Assembly: GCF_007748075.1 (NCBI RefSeq)
Contig: NZ_CP036280.1
Span: forward strand, 3,180,001 to 3,212,000
Origin: Mucisphaera calidilacus
GTDB taxonomy: Bacteria; Planctomycetota; Phycisphaerae; Phycisphaerales; Phycisphaeraceae
Length of the DNA stretch: 32,000 nt
Direction: 5' to 3'
In this document: positions 1 through 8,416 of the stretch, in pieces
Numbering within the stretch: the first letter of the stretch is position 1
Layout of the letters: every line of letters starts with the position of its first letter
Translations under genes and position numbers: made by a program
The notes under the pieces: generated by a model
Told to the model about the DNA's origin: nothing
Databases searched by the model: none
The model's input: the letters and a program-made list of their open reading frames with translations, nothing else

Positions 1-984
1 TTCGAGACGTCGCGTGACGGTGGGGAGGTGGGCGAGTGAGGCGGCGGCGGCGTTGAGGGGGACGTTGAGCTGGTGGGCGACGGCGAGGGCGGCGAGGGTG
101 TTGAAGGCGTTGTGTCTGCCGAGCATGGGGAGGGTGATGTCGACGGTCTGGCCGTGGACGGATGCGGTGAGGGTGGTGCCTTGCGCGGACTGTTTGAGGG
201 TGTCGGGGGTGATGTGGACGGGGGCGGCGGTGTCGTTGTCGTCGTAGAGGATGGGTGTGTGTTGAGCGGCGGTGTCGGGCGTGTGCTGCAGGACGAGGGA
301 CCATGCCTGGGCGGAGGCGATGAGGGTCGCGGGGGGGTGCAGGTGTCGGAGGGCTGAGGTTTCTTCGCGGGTCACGCCTGCGAGGTCGTGGAAGAACTCG
401 AGGTGTTCGGCGCCGAGGGTGGTGAGGACGATGTGGGTGGGTCGGGCGAGTTGTGCGAGGGGTTCGAGTTCGCCCGGGTGGTTGGTGCCGAGTTCGGCGA
501 GGAGGAAGTCGTGGCGGGGCTGTGCGTGGAGGAGGGTGAGGGGTACGCCCAGGTGGTTGTTGAAGGACTTGGGTGATTGGGAGCCGTTGAGGGTGGGTGT
601 GAGTGCGGTGTGGATGAGTTGGCGGGTGGTGGTTTTGCCGTTGGAGCCGATGACGGCGATGACGGGTTGGCGGAGGGAAGTGCGGTGTTGTGCGGCGGCG
701 TGGTGGAGGGCCGCGAGGGTGTCGGGGACGCGGAGGGTTGGGCCGGGGGCGGGTGCTGGTCGGGCGACGAGTGCGGCGGCGGCGCCGGCGGCGAAGGCTG
801 CGTCGAGGTAGTCGTGGCCGTCGGCGTTGGGTGTGGTGAGTGCGATGAAGACGTTGCCGGGCTGGAGGGTTCGGGTGTCGAAGGAGAAGCCTGAGATGGG
901 CAGGTCGGGGTTGGGGGGCGGGTCGGACCATGTTCCCCGGGTGGCGGCGGCGAGGTCTTTGAGGGTGGTAACGGGTGTGGTCAT
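1..984 (-). CDS. murF: UDP-N-acetylmuramoyl-tripeptide--D-alanyl-D-alanine ligase (MurF), N-terminal ~328 codons; the 3' end lies beyond the left edge
   Basis: The minus-strand frame is open from the ATG at 984-982 (ATGA overlap with the murE stop) to position 1. My translation reads MTTPVTTLKDLAAATRGTWSD...ISGFSFDTRTLQPGNVFIALTTPNADGHDYL...VIAVIGSNGKTTTRQL...LAELGTNHPGELE, which is Mur-ligase P-loop and MurF-like layout. It is missing from the ORF track because it has no in-window stop. It sits directly downstream of murE, as in dcw clusters. Confidence 0.85.
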   Translation of the reverse strand, partial: MTTPVTTLKDLAAATRGTWSDPPPNPDLPISGFSFDTRTLQPGNVFIALTTPNADGHDYLDAAFAAGAAAALVARPAPAPGPTLRVPDTLAALHHAAAQHRTSLRQPVIAVIGSNGKTTTRQLIHTALTPTLNGSQSPKSFNNHLGVPLTLLHAQPRHDFLLAELGTNHPGELEPLAQLARPTHIVLTTLGAEHLEFFHDLAGVTREETSALRHLHPPATLIASAQAWSLVLQHTPDTAAQHTPILYDDNDTAAPVHITPDTLKQSAQGTTLTASVHGQTVDITLPMLGRHNAFNTLAALAVAHQLNVPLNAAAASLAHLPTVTRRLE

Positions 985-2546
985 GGTTTAGCCCTGTCGG
1001 CGAGGGCGTTTGAGGCGTGTTCGCGGTCGTCGAAGGGGTGCCGGCTGCCTTGGATTTCCTGGTAGGTCTCGTGGCCTTTTCCGGCGATGAGGATGGTGTC
1101 GTCGGGATGAGCGGTGGTGATGATGTGGTGGATAGCGGCGGCGCGGTCGGGTTCGGTGGTGATGCGGTTTCGGGTCTCGGCGGGGATGTCGGTGAGGGCG
1201 TCGTTGATGATGGCGAGGGGGTCTTCGGAGCGAGGGTTGTCGGATGTGAGGGTGATGTGGTCGGCGTAGCGAGCGGCGGCGAGGGTCATGAGGGGGCGTT
1301 TGGCGCGGTCGCGGTCGCCTCCACAGCCGAAGAGGGTGAGGAGTCGTCGCGGAGCGAGGGCCTTGAGGGTTTGCGAGGCGTGTTCGAGGGAGTCGGGTGT
1401 GTGGGCGTAGTCGACGAAGACCTTCGGAATCGCCCCCGGATACGCCCCCGGATCTGCCCCCGGATTTCCTCCGGGCGTATGTGTGGAGGTGGGTCTGTGT
1501 TGGGTGGCTGATGGGGGGAGGACGCGTTCGAGTCGGCCGGGGACGGGTGGGAGGTTGTGGAGGGCTTGTTGGAGGTTGTCGGGCAGGTGGTTGAGTGCGG
1601 CGGCGGCGGTGAGTGCCTGGAGGAGGTTGGCGACGTTGTGGTCGCCAAGGATGGGGAGGTTGGTGGTGATGGATCCCCAGGGTCCGGTGAGGGTGGCGGT
1701 GGTGTGGTTGAGGGTTCGCTGGTGGATGGTGGCGGAGGTGTTGGCGTCGGGTGTGTCGGCGGTGGTGGTTCGGTGGATGGTGGCGTGGGTGTTGGCGGCC
1801 ATGCGTTGGGCGTGGGGGTCGTCGGCGTTGAGGATTGCGTGGGCGTGTGGGGTGAGGTTGTCGAAGAGTCGTGCCTTGGCCTGGGCGTAGGCGGTCATGG
1901 TTTTGTGGTAGTCGAGGTGGTCCTGGGTGAGGTTGGTGAAGATGGCGGCGGCGGGGTGGAGGTGGTCGGTTCGTTGCTGGTGGAGGGCGTGTGAGGAGGC
2001 TTCGTAGACGGCGGCGTGTCCGCCCTGGTCGCGGATGGTTGCGAGGAGTCGGGTGATCTCGATGCTTCCCGGGGTGGTGAGGGCCGCGGGGAGGGTGTCG
2101 GTGATGAGGTCGTTGTGGATGGTGCCGAGGAGTCCGGTGGGGATGCCGTCGGCTTTGAGGAGGTGCTGGAGGTAGAGGGCGGTGGTGGACTTGCCGTTGG
2201 TGCCGGTGACGGCGGCGAGGGTGAGGTGTTTTGCGGGGTGGTTGAAGAAGCGGTCGGCGAGTTGTCCGCAGAGTTTCTGGTCGATGGTGTCGGCGAGAAA
2301 GGTGGGGACGGGTTCTCGGACGTGCTTCTGGTTATCGGGCGTGACGAGGAGTGCGGCGGGCTGTCGGCTGAGGGCGTCGCGTAGGTCTTCGGGGTGGTCG
2401 GATCGTCGGTGGATGAAGAGGTGTTGGGGTGTGACCCGGCGTGAGTCGTCGGTGAGGTCGGCGGTGTGGACAGCGTCGCCGAGGGGATCGGCGTGGATGG
2501 GGAGTCCGCGGAAGAGGTCGGGGAGAGGTCTGTCCACCGTGGTCAT
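981..2546 (-). CDS. murE: UDP-N-acetylmuramoyl-L-alanyl-D-glutamate--2,6-diaminopimelate ligase (MurE)
   Basis: 521-aa ORF with the P-loop AVTGTNGKSTT, VDYAHTPDSL, LTSDNPRSEDP (the DNPR motif of meso-DAP-adding MurE) and IAGKGHETYQ. Its stop overlaps the murF start. Confidence 0.9.
   Translation of the reverse strand: MTTVDRPLPDLFRGLPIHADPLGDAVHTADLTDDSRRVTPQHLFIHRRSDHPEDLRDALSRQPAALLVTPDNQKHVREPVPTFLADTIDQKLCGQLADRFFNHPAKHLTLAAVTGTNGKSTTALYLQHLLKADGIPTGLLGTIHNDLITDTLPAALTTPGSIEITRLLATIRDQGGHAAVYEASSHALHQQRTDHLHPAAAIFTNLTQDHLDYHKTMTAYAQAKARLFDNLTPHAHAILNADDPHAQRMAANTHATIHRTTTADTPDANTSATIHQRTLNHTTATLTGPWGSITTNLPILGDHNVANLLQALTAAAALNHLPDNLQQALHNLPPVPGRLERVLPPSATQHRPTSTHTPGGNPGADPGAYPGAIPKVFVDYAHTPDSLEHASQTLKALAPRRLLTLFGCGGDRDRAKRPLMTLAAARYADHITLTSDNPRSEDPLAIINDALTDIPAETRNRITTEPDRAAAIHHIITTAHPDDTILIAGKGHETYQEIQGSRHPFDDREHASNALADRAKP
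1426..1473. repeat. 12-nt tandem repeat (about 4 copies), in frame inside murE
   Basis: The plus strand reads ggaatcgccccc / ggatacgccccc / ggatctgccccc / ggatttcctccg. On the coding (minus) strand this encodes GGNP-GADP-GAYP-GAIP within the segment between GRLERV and KVFVDYAHTP. Confidence 0.85.
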
Positions 2547-2622
2547 GGTAATCGGGTCGGGTTGCTTAGACCGTGACTACAGGATGTGGGTGGGTTGGTA
2601 TGTCGGAACGAGATGTGGTGTT

Positions 2623-2817
2623 TCAGGCGGCGACGCGTGTGGTGACGGCGGGGATGGTGGTGTTGCGTGTCCAGGTGGAGGCGGGTCCGCGTCGTTGCTG
2701 GAGGCTGAGGCGTCGGAGGTAGTCGTGGAGGGTGGTTTCGTCGAATCGGGTGAGGAACTCTTCCGAGGCGGTGCGGTTGACGCGGCGGATGGATTCGATG
2801 AGTTGGAGCTTGCTCAT
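2623..2817 (-). CDS. small hypothetical protein (64 aa), upstream of murE
   Basis: ATG at 2817-2815. The product MSKLQLIESIRRVNRTASEEFLTRFDETTLHDYLRRLSL... has normal, non-low-complexity composition. This contrasts with the R/H/T/P-rich remainder of the 833-aa track ORF it belongs to. I recognise no family. Confidence 0.4.
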   Translation of the reverse strand: MSKLQLIESIRRVNRTASEEFLTRFDETTLHDYLRRLSLQQRRGPASTWTRNTTIPAVTTRVAA

Positions 2818-3000
2818 GGTTGAGTTCCTGTTGGGGGTTGCGGATTGTCCGGCCATGACAGATCGGCGAGGCTGGGAAAAAGTCTTGATGCTGTAACTGA
2901 AGTGGACGTTGGATGTGGTCGAGGCTGTTGGATTGGAGTGAATTGGTGAGAGGGCGGGGAGTGTTTGTGGAGAGGTCTGCGAGAGAGGGCGGCGCGGGTT

Positions 3001-3456
3001 ATGATCGGGGTTGGCCTGTTTCTGGCGTTTTGGGAGTTTTGTGTGTCGATCACGGTTCGCAGTCCACACTCGGGGGTTCCGGTGACGGTGCGCACCGAGG
3101 ATGTCGGTCGTGCGTTGCGTGACGAGTCGGGTCGGGTTTTTTATGTGGTGGCGAAGTCGGAGGGTGAGGGGCATTACGGGTCGCGGGTTCGGGGTGGTTC
3201 GGAGGCGGATGAGGCTCGGAGCGCGGGCTGGGATGCGGGCGAGGCGTTGCCTGCGGTGGCGGAGGGTGGTGAAGGGGGTGTGGTGCATGACGCGCGGGGT
3301 GTGCAGCGTCGCTCGGGTGTGGGTGTTTGGGTTGTGGTGCTGGTGGTGGTTGCGGGACTGGCGGCGGGTGGCTGGTGGTTGTGGCGGAGCGGCGTGTTGG
3401 CGGGTGGTGAGGCGGAGCCGGTGGGGGATGTGCCTGCGGCGGAGGTTTCGCCTTGA
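3001..3456 (+). CDS. hypothetical membrane protein (start uncertain; the track ORF begins at 2965)
   Basis: Plus-strand ORF with G/T-ending codons typical of plus-strand genes here. It has a hydrophobic N-terminus (MIGVGLFLAFWEFCVSI) and a C-proximal TM segment (VGVWVVVLVVVAGLAAGGWWLW). Out-of-frame ORFs of about 120 aa also occur on this strand, so length alone is weak evidence. Confidence 0.4.
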   Translation: MIGVGLFLAFWEFCVSITVRSPHSGVPVTVRTEDVGRALRDESGRVFYVVAKSEGEGHYGSRVRGGSEADEARSAGWDAGEALPAVAEGGEGGVVHDARGVQRRSGVGVWVVVLVVVAGLAAGGWWLWRSGVLAGGEAEPVGDVPAAEVSP

Positions 3457-3465
3457 GGTTGAAGC

Positions 3466-5229
3466 ATGAAATGGAGCGTGATGATGTTTGAGGGATGGAC
3501 GCGAGGTTTGCTGGGTCTGGTGGTGGCAGGGGCTTTGTTGTTGACGGGTTGCAAGGAGTCGGAGCCTGAGGCGGACCTGGTGTTTATTGAGGCGGCGGCG
3601 CACCGGACGCTTGATCCGCAGAGCATGTCGTGGAACCACGACATCCGGATCGCGAGCACGGTGTTTGAGCCTTTGGTGCGGATGGATTTTGTGAAGGGTG
3701 ACGTGGAGCCGGCGGCGGCCGCGTCGTGGGCGGTGAGTGAGGACGGGCTGACCTACACGTTTTCGCTTCGCGAGGGGATTCGGTGGTCGAACGGTGATCC
3801 GGTGTTGGCGTCGGATTTCGTGTTTGCGTGGCGTCGCGCGTTGCTGCCTGACACGGCGGCGCAGTATGCGGAGTTGATGTACTGCATCGAGGGCGCGGCT
3901 GACTTTTACGCGTGGCGGACGGAGCAGGTGGGTGCTTATGCGGAGGCGGGCGCGGCCACGGAGGAGGCGGCGCAGCGTTCGTTGGAGGAGGCGTTTGCGC
4001 GGTTTGAGGAGGTGGTTGGTGTTCGTGCGGTGGATGAGGTGACGCTTGAGGTTCGTCTGGAGCGTCCGACGCCTTACTTTTTGCAGATGGTCGGCTTCGC
4101 GACTTTTTTGCCGGTGCACCCGGCGTCGGTGGTTGCGGACACGCGTCTGAACGCGGAGACGGGATTCTGGAAGACGGAGACGTCGTACTGGAGTGACCCG
4201 ACGCGTTTGGTGAGTAATGGTCCGTTCACGATCGAGAAGCGTGTGTTCAAGCAGTATCTGCGTCTGAGGAAGAACCCGATGTACTGGGACGCGGGGCGGA
4301 TTCGTTTGAACTCGATTCTGGAGAAGATCGTGGAGGACCCGGGTACGGGTTTCATGATGTATCACCAGGGCGAGGCGGACTTGTCGTTTGGTATTCCGTC
4401 GCAGGGGACGCTGGCGACGGAGTTGCTGGCGTCGGATCGTGGTGATGTGCACTCGATGGTTGCGGCGGGGACGTATTTTTACAATTTCAATTGTCTGCCG
4501 ACGCGTCCGGACGGATCGGTGAATCCGCTGGCGGACGTTCGCGTTCGGAGGGCGTTGTCGATGGCGATTGACCGGGAGCAGTTGGTGTCGCGGGTGAATC
4601 GTGTGGGTCAGCCGGTGGCGCGGAGTTTCGTGCCGCCCGGAGCGGTGCCCGGGTATGAGCCGCCTGTGGAGTCGGGTGTGGTTTATGACCCGTCGGCGGC
4701 GCGTGAGCTTCTGAAGGAGGCGGGGTACGAGGGTGGTGAGGGTCTGGACGGGTTGTCGATTCTGTACAACACGGGCGGCGGTCACGAGGACGTGGCGATC
4801 GCGGTGAAGTCGATGTGGGAGCGTGAGCTGGGCGTGGTGGTGACGACGGAGGGTGTGGAGGTTCGGACGTTCGGGGATCGTGTTCGCAAGCAGGATTATT
4901 CGATTGCGCGTGCGGCGTGGTTCGGTGATTACGTGGATCCGACGACGTGGCTGGACAAGCATCGATCGACGAACGGGAACAATGATGCGAAGTGGAACAG
5001 CGCGGCGTTCGACGCGTTGCTGGACGAGGCGGCGTTGATTCGTGATCCGGCGGAGCGTTTCGCGAAGCTGGCGGAGGCGGAGGCGTTGCACAATTACGAG
5101 CAGCCGATTGCCCCGGTGTATCACTACGTGACGATTTATCTGTTTGACCCGGAGAAGGTGAAGGGTGTGTCGTTGAACACGTGGGCTCGTTGGCGATTTG
5201 ACCGCATGTGGGTGGAGCGTGACAGATGA
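3466..5229 (+). CDS. ABC transporter substrate-binding lipoprotein, family 5 (peptide/nickel, OppA/DppA-like)
   Basis: 587 aa. Signal peptide with lipobox LLLTGC. Family-5 SBP-like sequence throughout (e.g. WSNGDPVLASDFVFAWRR, PYFLQMVGFATFLPVH, KNPMYWDAGRIRL). The stop overlaps the permease start (ATGA). Confidence 0.9.
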   Translation: MKWSVMMFEGWTRGLLGLVVAGALLLTGCKESEPEADLVFIEAAAHRTLDPQSMSWNHDIRIASTVFEPLVRMDFVKGDVEPAAAASWAVSEDGLTYTFSLREGIRWSNGDPVLASDFVFAWRRALLPDTAAQYAELMYCIEGAADFYAWRTEQVGAYAEAGAATEEAAQRSLEEAFARFEEVVGVRAVDEVTLEVRLERPTPYFLQMVGFATFLPVHPASVVADTRLNAETGFWKTETSYWSDPTRLVSNGPFTIEKRVFKQYLRLRKNPMYWDAGRIRLNSILEKIVEDPGTGFMMYHQGEADLSFGIPSQGTLATELLASDRGDVHSMVAAGTYFYNFNCLPTRPDGSVNPLADVRVRRALSMAIDREQLVSRVNRVGQPVARSFVPPGAVPGYEPPVESGVVYDPSAARELLKEAGYEGGEGLDGLSILYNTGGGHEDVAIAVKSMWERELGVVVTTEGVEVRTFGDRVRKQDYSIARAAWFGDYVDPTTWLDKHRSTNGNNDAKWNSAAFDALLDEAALIRDPAERFAKLAEAEALHNYEQPIAPVYHYVTIYLFDPEKVKGVSLNTWARWRFDRMWVERDR

Positions 5230-6164
5230 TCCGACTGATCCTTTTACGGCTGTTGCAGATGCCTTTGATTCTGACGGTGATTCTGCTGGTGACGTTCACG
5301 CTGGCGTGGGTGGTGCCGGGGAATCCGCTGGAGCGTCCGGAGGGCCAGCGTCCGCCGCCTGAGGTTCAGGAGGCGATGAAGCGTCAGTACAACCTGCACA
5401 GCCCGACGGCGTTTCTGACGAGTTATGTGAAGAACGTGACGGTGGGGAGCGAGCAGTACGGGTGGCCTGATTTCGGTCCTTCGCTTCGGTACACGGATCA
5501 GCGTGTGTCGGACATTATTGGTCAGGCGTTGCCTGTGAGTGCTGCTTTGGGTGTGGCGGCGTTGGGGGTGGCGTTGTTTCTGGGGACGCTGGCGGGTGTG
5601 GTGGGGGCGTTGCGTCCGAACAGCTGGCTGGACATGGCGAGTCTGGGCGTGGCGTTGATTGGCGTGAGTCTGCCTAACTTCGTGACGGGTTCGATTCTGC
5701 TGATTGTGTTTGCGGGTTTGCTGGAGTGGTTCCCGGTGGGTGGGTGGGGGAGTCCTCAGCAGGTGGTGCTGCCTGCGATCGCGTTGGGTTTTTTCCCGGC
5801 GGCGTATGTGGCGCGTCTGGTTCGTCTGGGTCTGGCGGACGTGATGAGCAGTGATTTTGTGCGGACGGCACGTGCGAAGGGTTTGAGTCATTTTGCGGCG
5901 TTGTTCCGTCATGCGTTGAAGGTGGCTTATCTGCCGGTGCTGAGTTTCATGGGTCCTGCGGCGGCGTCGGTGATGACGGGTTCTTTTGTGATTGAGAAGG
6001 TGTTCGCGATCCCGGGGATGGGTGACTATTTCGTGAACGCGGTTTTGAACAAAGATCAGTTTTTGATCCTGGGTGTGGTGCTGACCTACGCGACGCTGCT
6101 GGTGTTGTTCAATCTGGTGGTTGATGTGGCGTATGCGTGGGTGGACCCTCGGATTGAGTTGTGA
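5226..6164 (+). CDS. ABC transporter permease, DppB/OppB-like
   Basis: 312 aa. N-terminus MIRLILLRLLQMPLILTVILLVTFTLAWVVPGNP and the EAA-loop-like region SDFVRTARAKGLS are typical of OppB/DppB permeases. Confidence 0.9.
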   Translation: MIRLILLRLLQMPLILTVILLVTFTLAWVVPGNPLERPEGQRPPPEVQEAMKRQYNLHSPTAFLTSYVKNVTVGSEQYGWPDFGPSLRYTDQRVSDIIGQALPVSAALGVAALGVALFLGTLAGVVGALRPNSWLDMASLGVALIGVSLPNFVTGSILLIVFAGLLEWFPVGGWGSPQQVVLPAIALGFFPAAYVARLVRLGLADVMSSDFVRTARAKGLSHFAALFRHALKVAYLPVLSFMGPAAASVMTGSFVIEKVFAIPGMGDYFVNAVLNKDQFLILGVVLTYATLLVLFNLVVDVAYAWVDPRIEL

Positions 6165-6229
6165 GTGAGGGCGTTGCGGGATTGCCGTGTGGCTGGCAAG
6201 ATGGCGTGAGTTGCGGCCTCGGGAGCGTC

Positions 6230-6365
6230 GGGCTATCTTAAGACCCCCAAGTCGCTTGAAAGCGATTTCCTACCCTCAAGGCAGCCCGGTCACGGGCGGC
6301 CGCTGGAGAGGATCCCCGGTAACCCAGCACGGCTCCGTGTCGGCCCTGATTGAAAGGACGGCGTC
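6230..6365 (+). promoter_or_regulatory. candidate structured 5' leader or unclassified RNA element upstream of the epimerase/decarboxylase operon
   Basis: The G>>C skew is lost locally: spot counts are G16/C22 for 6241-6300 and G20/C19 for 6301-6360. Several short stems are present: tcgct-tga-agcga near 6252-6264, cccg-gtca-cggg near 6285-6296, gctgg...ccagc near 6302-6329, and cacg-gctc-cgtg near 6329-6340. I recognise no Rfam family. Confidence 0.3.
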
Positions 6366-6779
6366 ATGATCGAAGCAAAGGCGGTCAATCACCTCGGTAT
6401 CGCGGTGCGTTCGATTGCGGATCACAAGCAGTTTTACGTGGACGTGCTGGGTGCCGAGTATGAGGCGGAGGAAGTGGTTGAAGAGCAGAAGGTGAAGGTG
6501 GGCTTCTTCAAGGTGGGTGATGTTCGTCTGGAGTTGTTGGAGCCGACGAGCGAGGACTCGCCGATCTCGGCGTTTCTGGAGAAGCGTGGGGAGGGTTTGC
6601 ACCACGTTGCGTACACGGTGAGTGGTTTGGAGGATCGTCTGGCGGCGTTGAAGGCGGGCGGTGTTCGCCTGATTGACGAGACGCCTCGGAACGGTGCTCA
6701 CCACACGAAGATTGCGTTTCTGCACCCGAAGGCGTCGTGTGGCGTTCTGACGGAGTTGTGTGAGCCGAAGGGCGACTGA
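6366..6779 (+). CDS. mce: methylmalonyl-CoA epimerase (VOC/glyoxalase fold)
   Basis: 137 aa. NHLGIAVRSI..., RLELLEPTSEDSPISAFLEKRGEGLHHVAY and IAFLHPKASCGVLTELCE match methylmalonyl-CoA epimerases. The pathway context is consistent. Confidence 0.9.
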   Translation: MIEAKAVNHLGIAVRSIADHKQFYVDVLGAEYEAEEVVEEQKVKVGFFKVGDVRLELLEPTSEDSPISAFLEKRGEGLHHVAYTVSGLEDRLAALKAGGVRLIDETPRNGAHHTKIAFLHPKASCGVLTELCEPKGD

Positions 6780-6829
6780 TTTGGCGTCGTCATTCGGTTA
6801 GCCCGGAACTTGAACAAGGATCGTAAACG

Positions 6830-8401
6830 ATGGCCGAGAGTGCGGTACGAAGCGGTATGACGGTCGCGGAGCGGATCAAGGAGCTCCACGAGAAGAAGAA
6901 GGCGTTGCAGGAGATGGGTGGCGCGAAGCGTGTTGAGAAGCAGCACGCGGCGGGCAAGCTGACGGCGCGAGAGCGTGTGAACAAGCTGGTGGACGAGGGC
7001 TCGTTCCAGGAGCAGTTTGGTTTCGCGAAGCATCGTTGCACGTTCTTCGGGATGGAGGGCAAGGATCTTCCTGCGGACGGTGTGGTGACGGGCTGCGGGA
7101 CGATTGATGGTCGTCTGGTGCACCTGGCGTCTCAGGACTTCACGGTCGCGGGTGGCGCGGCGGGCGAGGTTCAGTGCGACAAGATTGTTGAGATGATGAA
7201 GGCGAGCCTGAAGACGGGTTCGCCTTTTGTGTTTGTGAATGATTCGGGCGGTGCGCGTATCCAGGAGGGCATTGACAGCCTGGCGGGTTACGGTCGGATT
7301 TTCTATCACAACGTGCTGCTGTCGGGCGTGGTTCCCCAGATCTCGATGATCTGCGGTCCGTGTGCGGGCGGTGCGGCGTATTCGCCTGCGTTGACGGACT
7401 TCATCATTCAGACGAAGAAGGCTCAGATGTTCATCACGGGCCCGTCGGTCATCAAGCAGGTGACGGGCGAGGACGTGACGGCGGAGCAGCTGGGTGGTCC
7501 CGAGGCGCAGATGGCGTATTCGGGCGTGGTACATTTTGTGGCGGAGGATGATGAGCACGCGATGGCGATCTGCCAGGACCTGATCAGCTATCTGCCCTCG
7601 AACAATGTTGAGGATGCACCGGAGCACGATCATCCGGATGAGTTTGAGCTGGATCTTTCGCTGAACGACATCATCCCGGACAACCCGAAGCAGGGTTACG
7701 ACATGTTCGAGGTGATCAAGCGGATTGTTGACGGCGGTAAGTATCTTGAGGTTCAGTCGACGTTTGCCCAGAACATCATCATCGCGTTCGGGCGGATCAA
7801 CGGCCGGACGGTGGGGATCATCGCGAACCAGCCGATGGTGAAGGCGGGTTGTCTGGACATTGACGCGTCGGACAAGAGTTCGCGTTTCATCCGTTTCTGC
7901 AATGCGTTCAACATTCCGCTGGTGACGCTGGTGGACGTTCCGGGCTTCATGCCTGGGGTTGAGCAGGAGTATGGCGGGATCATTCGTCACGGTGCCAAGA
8001 TGCTGTTCGTGTATTCGGCGGCGACGGTTCCGAAGGTGAGTGTGATTCTGCGTAAGGCGTATGGCGGTGCTTATCTGGCGATGAGCGGCAAGGATCTGGG
8101 CACGGATCGTTGTGCGGCGTGGCCGACGGCGGAGATCGCGGTGATGGGTGCCGAGGGTGCGGCGGGCGTGGTGTTCCGTCGCGAGATTGAGGCCGCGGAC
8201 GATCCGAAGGCGAAGCGTGCGGAGTTGATTGAGACGTATCGCGAGACGTTCTCGACGCCTTATGTTGCGGGCGGCCGACGGATGGTTGACGAGGTGATCG
8301 AGCCTGCGGCGACGCGTCGTTACCTGGCGATGGCGTTGGACTCGCTGGTGACGAAGCGGGAGCTGCGTCCTGAGAAGAAGCACGGCCTGATTCCTCTGTA
8401 A
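6830..8401 (+). CDS. mmdA: methylmalonyl-CoA carboxyltransferase subunit (decarboxylase alpha; PccB/12S family)
   Basis: 523 aa with carboxyl-transferase family sequence (KLTARERVNKLVDEGSF, DFTVAGGAAGEV, NDSGGARIQEG, GPCAGGAAYSPALTDF, GIIRHGAKMLF). It is followed by OadG-like, biotin-carrier and OadB-like genes. Confidence 0.85.
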   Translation: MAESAVRSGMTVAERIKELHEKKKALQEMGGAKRVEKQHAAGKLTARERVNKLVDEGSFQEQFGFAKHRCTFFGMEGKDLPADGVVTGCGTIDGRLVHLASQDFTVAGGAAGEVQCDKIVEMMKASLKTGSPFVFVNDSGGARIQEGIDSLAGYGRIFYHNVLLSGVVPQISMICGPCAGGAAYSPALTDFIIQTKKAQMFITGPSVIKQVTGEDVTAEQLGGPEAQMAYSGVVHFVAEDDEHAMAICQDLISYLPSNNVEDAPEHDHPDEFELDLSLNDIIPDNPKQGYDMFEVIKRIVDGGKYLEVQSTFAQNIIIAFGRINGRTVGIIANQPMVKAGCLDIDASDKSSRFIRFCNAFNIPLVTLVDVPGFMPGVEQEYGGIIRHGAKMLFVYSAATVPKVSVILRKAYGGAYLAMSGKDLGTDRCAAWPTAEIAVMGAEGAAGVVFRREIEAADDPKAKRAELIETYRETFSTPYVAGGRRMVDEVIEPAATRRYLAMALDSLVTKRELRPEKKHGLIPL

Positions 8402-8416
8402 GAAGGGAATGTCTTG

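Noticed and set aside
1426-1473. CRISPR-like or minisatellite array
   Set aside because: It has only ~4 contiguous 12-nt units with no spacers, lying in frame inside murE. It is a coding microsatellite, not a CRISPR array.
14-2384. Plus-strand ORFs over murF/murE (e.g. 272..811, 1017..1511, 1557..1994, 2016..2384), and similar ones over lgt (13195..13848) and rnr (16022..16765, 16977..17582)
   Set aside because: They lie antisense to genes with clear homology, and their G/V/E-rich products have no motifs.
2818-5124. The upstream 769 codons of the 833-aa minus-strand track ORF 2623..5124
   Set aside because: It lies antisense to the well-supported SBP gene and the membrane ORF. The product is R/H/T/P/Q-rich and low complexity. 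The minus strand is T-poor, so stop codons are rare. Only the last 64 codons (2623-2817), which lie outside any plus-strand gene, look like a real protein.
6285-6365. Possible TPP or cobalamin riboswitch
   Set aside because: There are only loose resemblances: gctggagagg versus the CUGAGA junction, aaccc, and ccctgat versus CCUGAUC. There is no pyrophosphate-sensor helix, no GCCACUG B12 box and no AGGGAA core. The downstream genes are unrelated to thiamin or B12 uptake.
6187-6369. 60-aa plus-strand ORF in the leader region
   Set aside because: It is short, Arg/Pro-rich, has no RBS or family, and overlaps the mce start. The region is better explained as non-coding leader.
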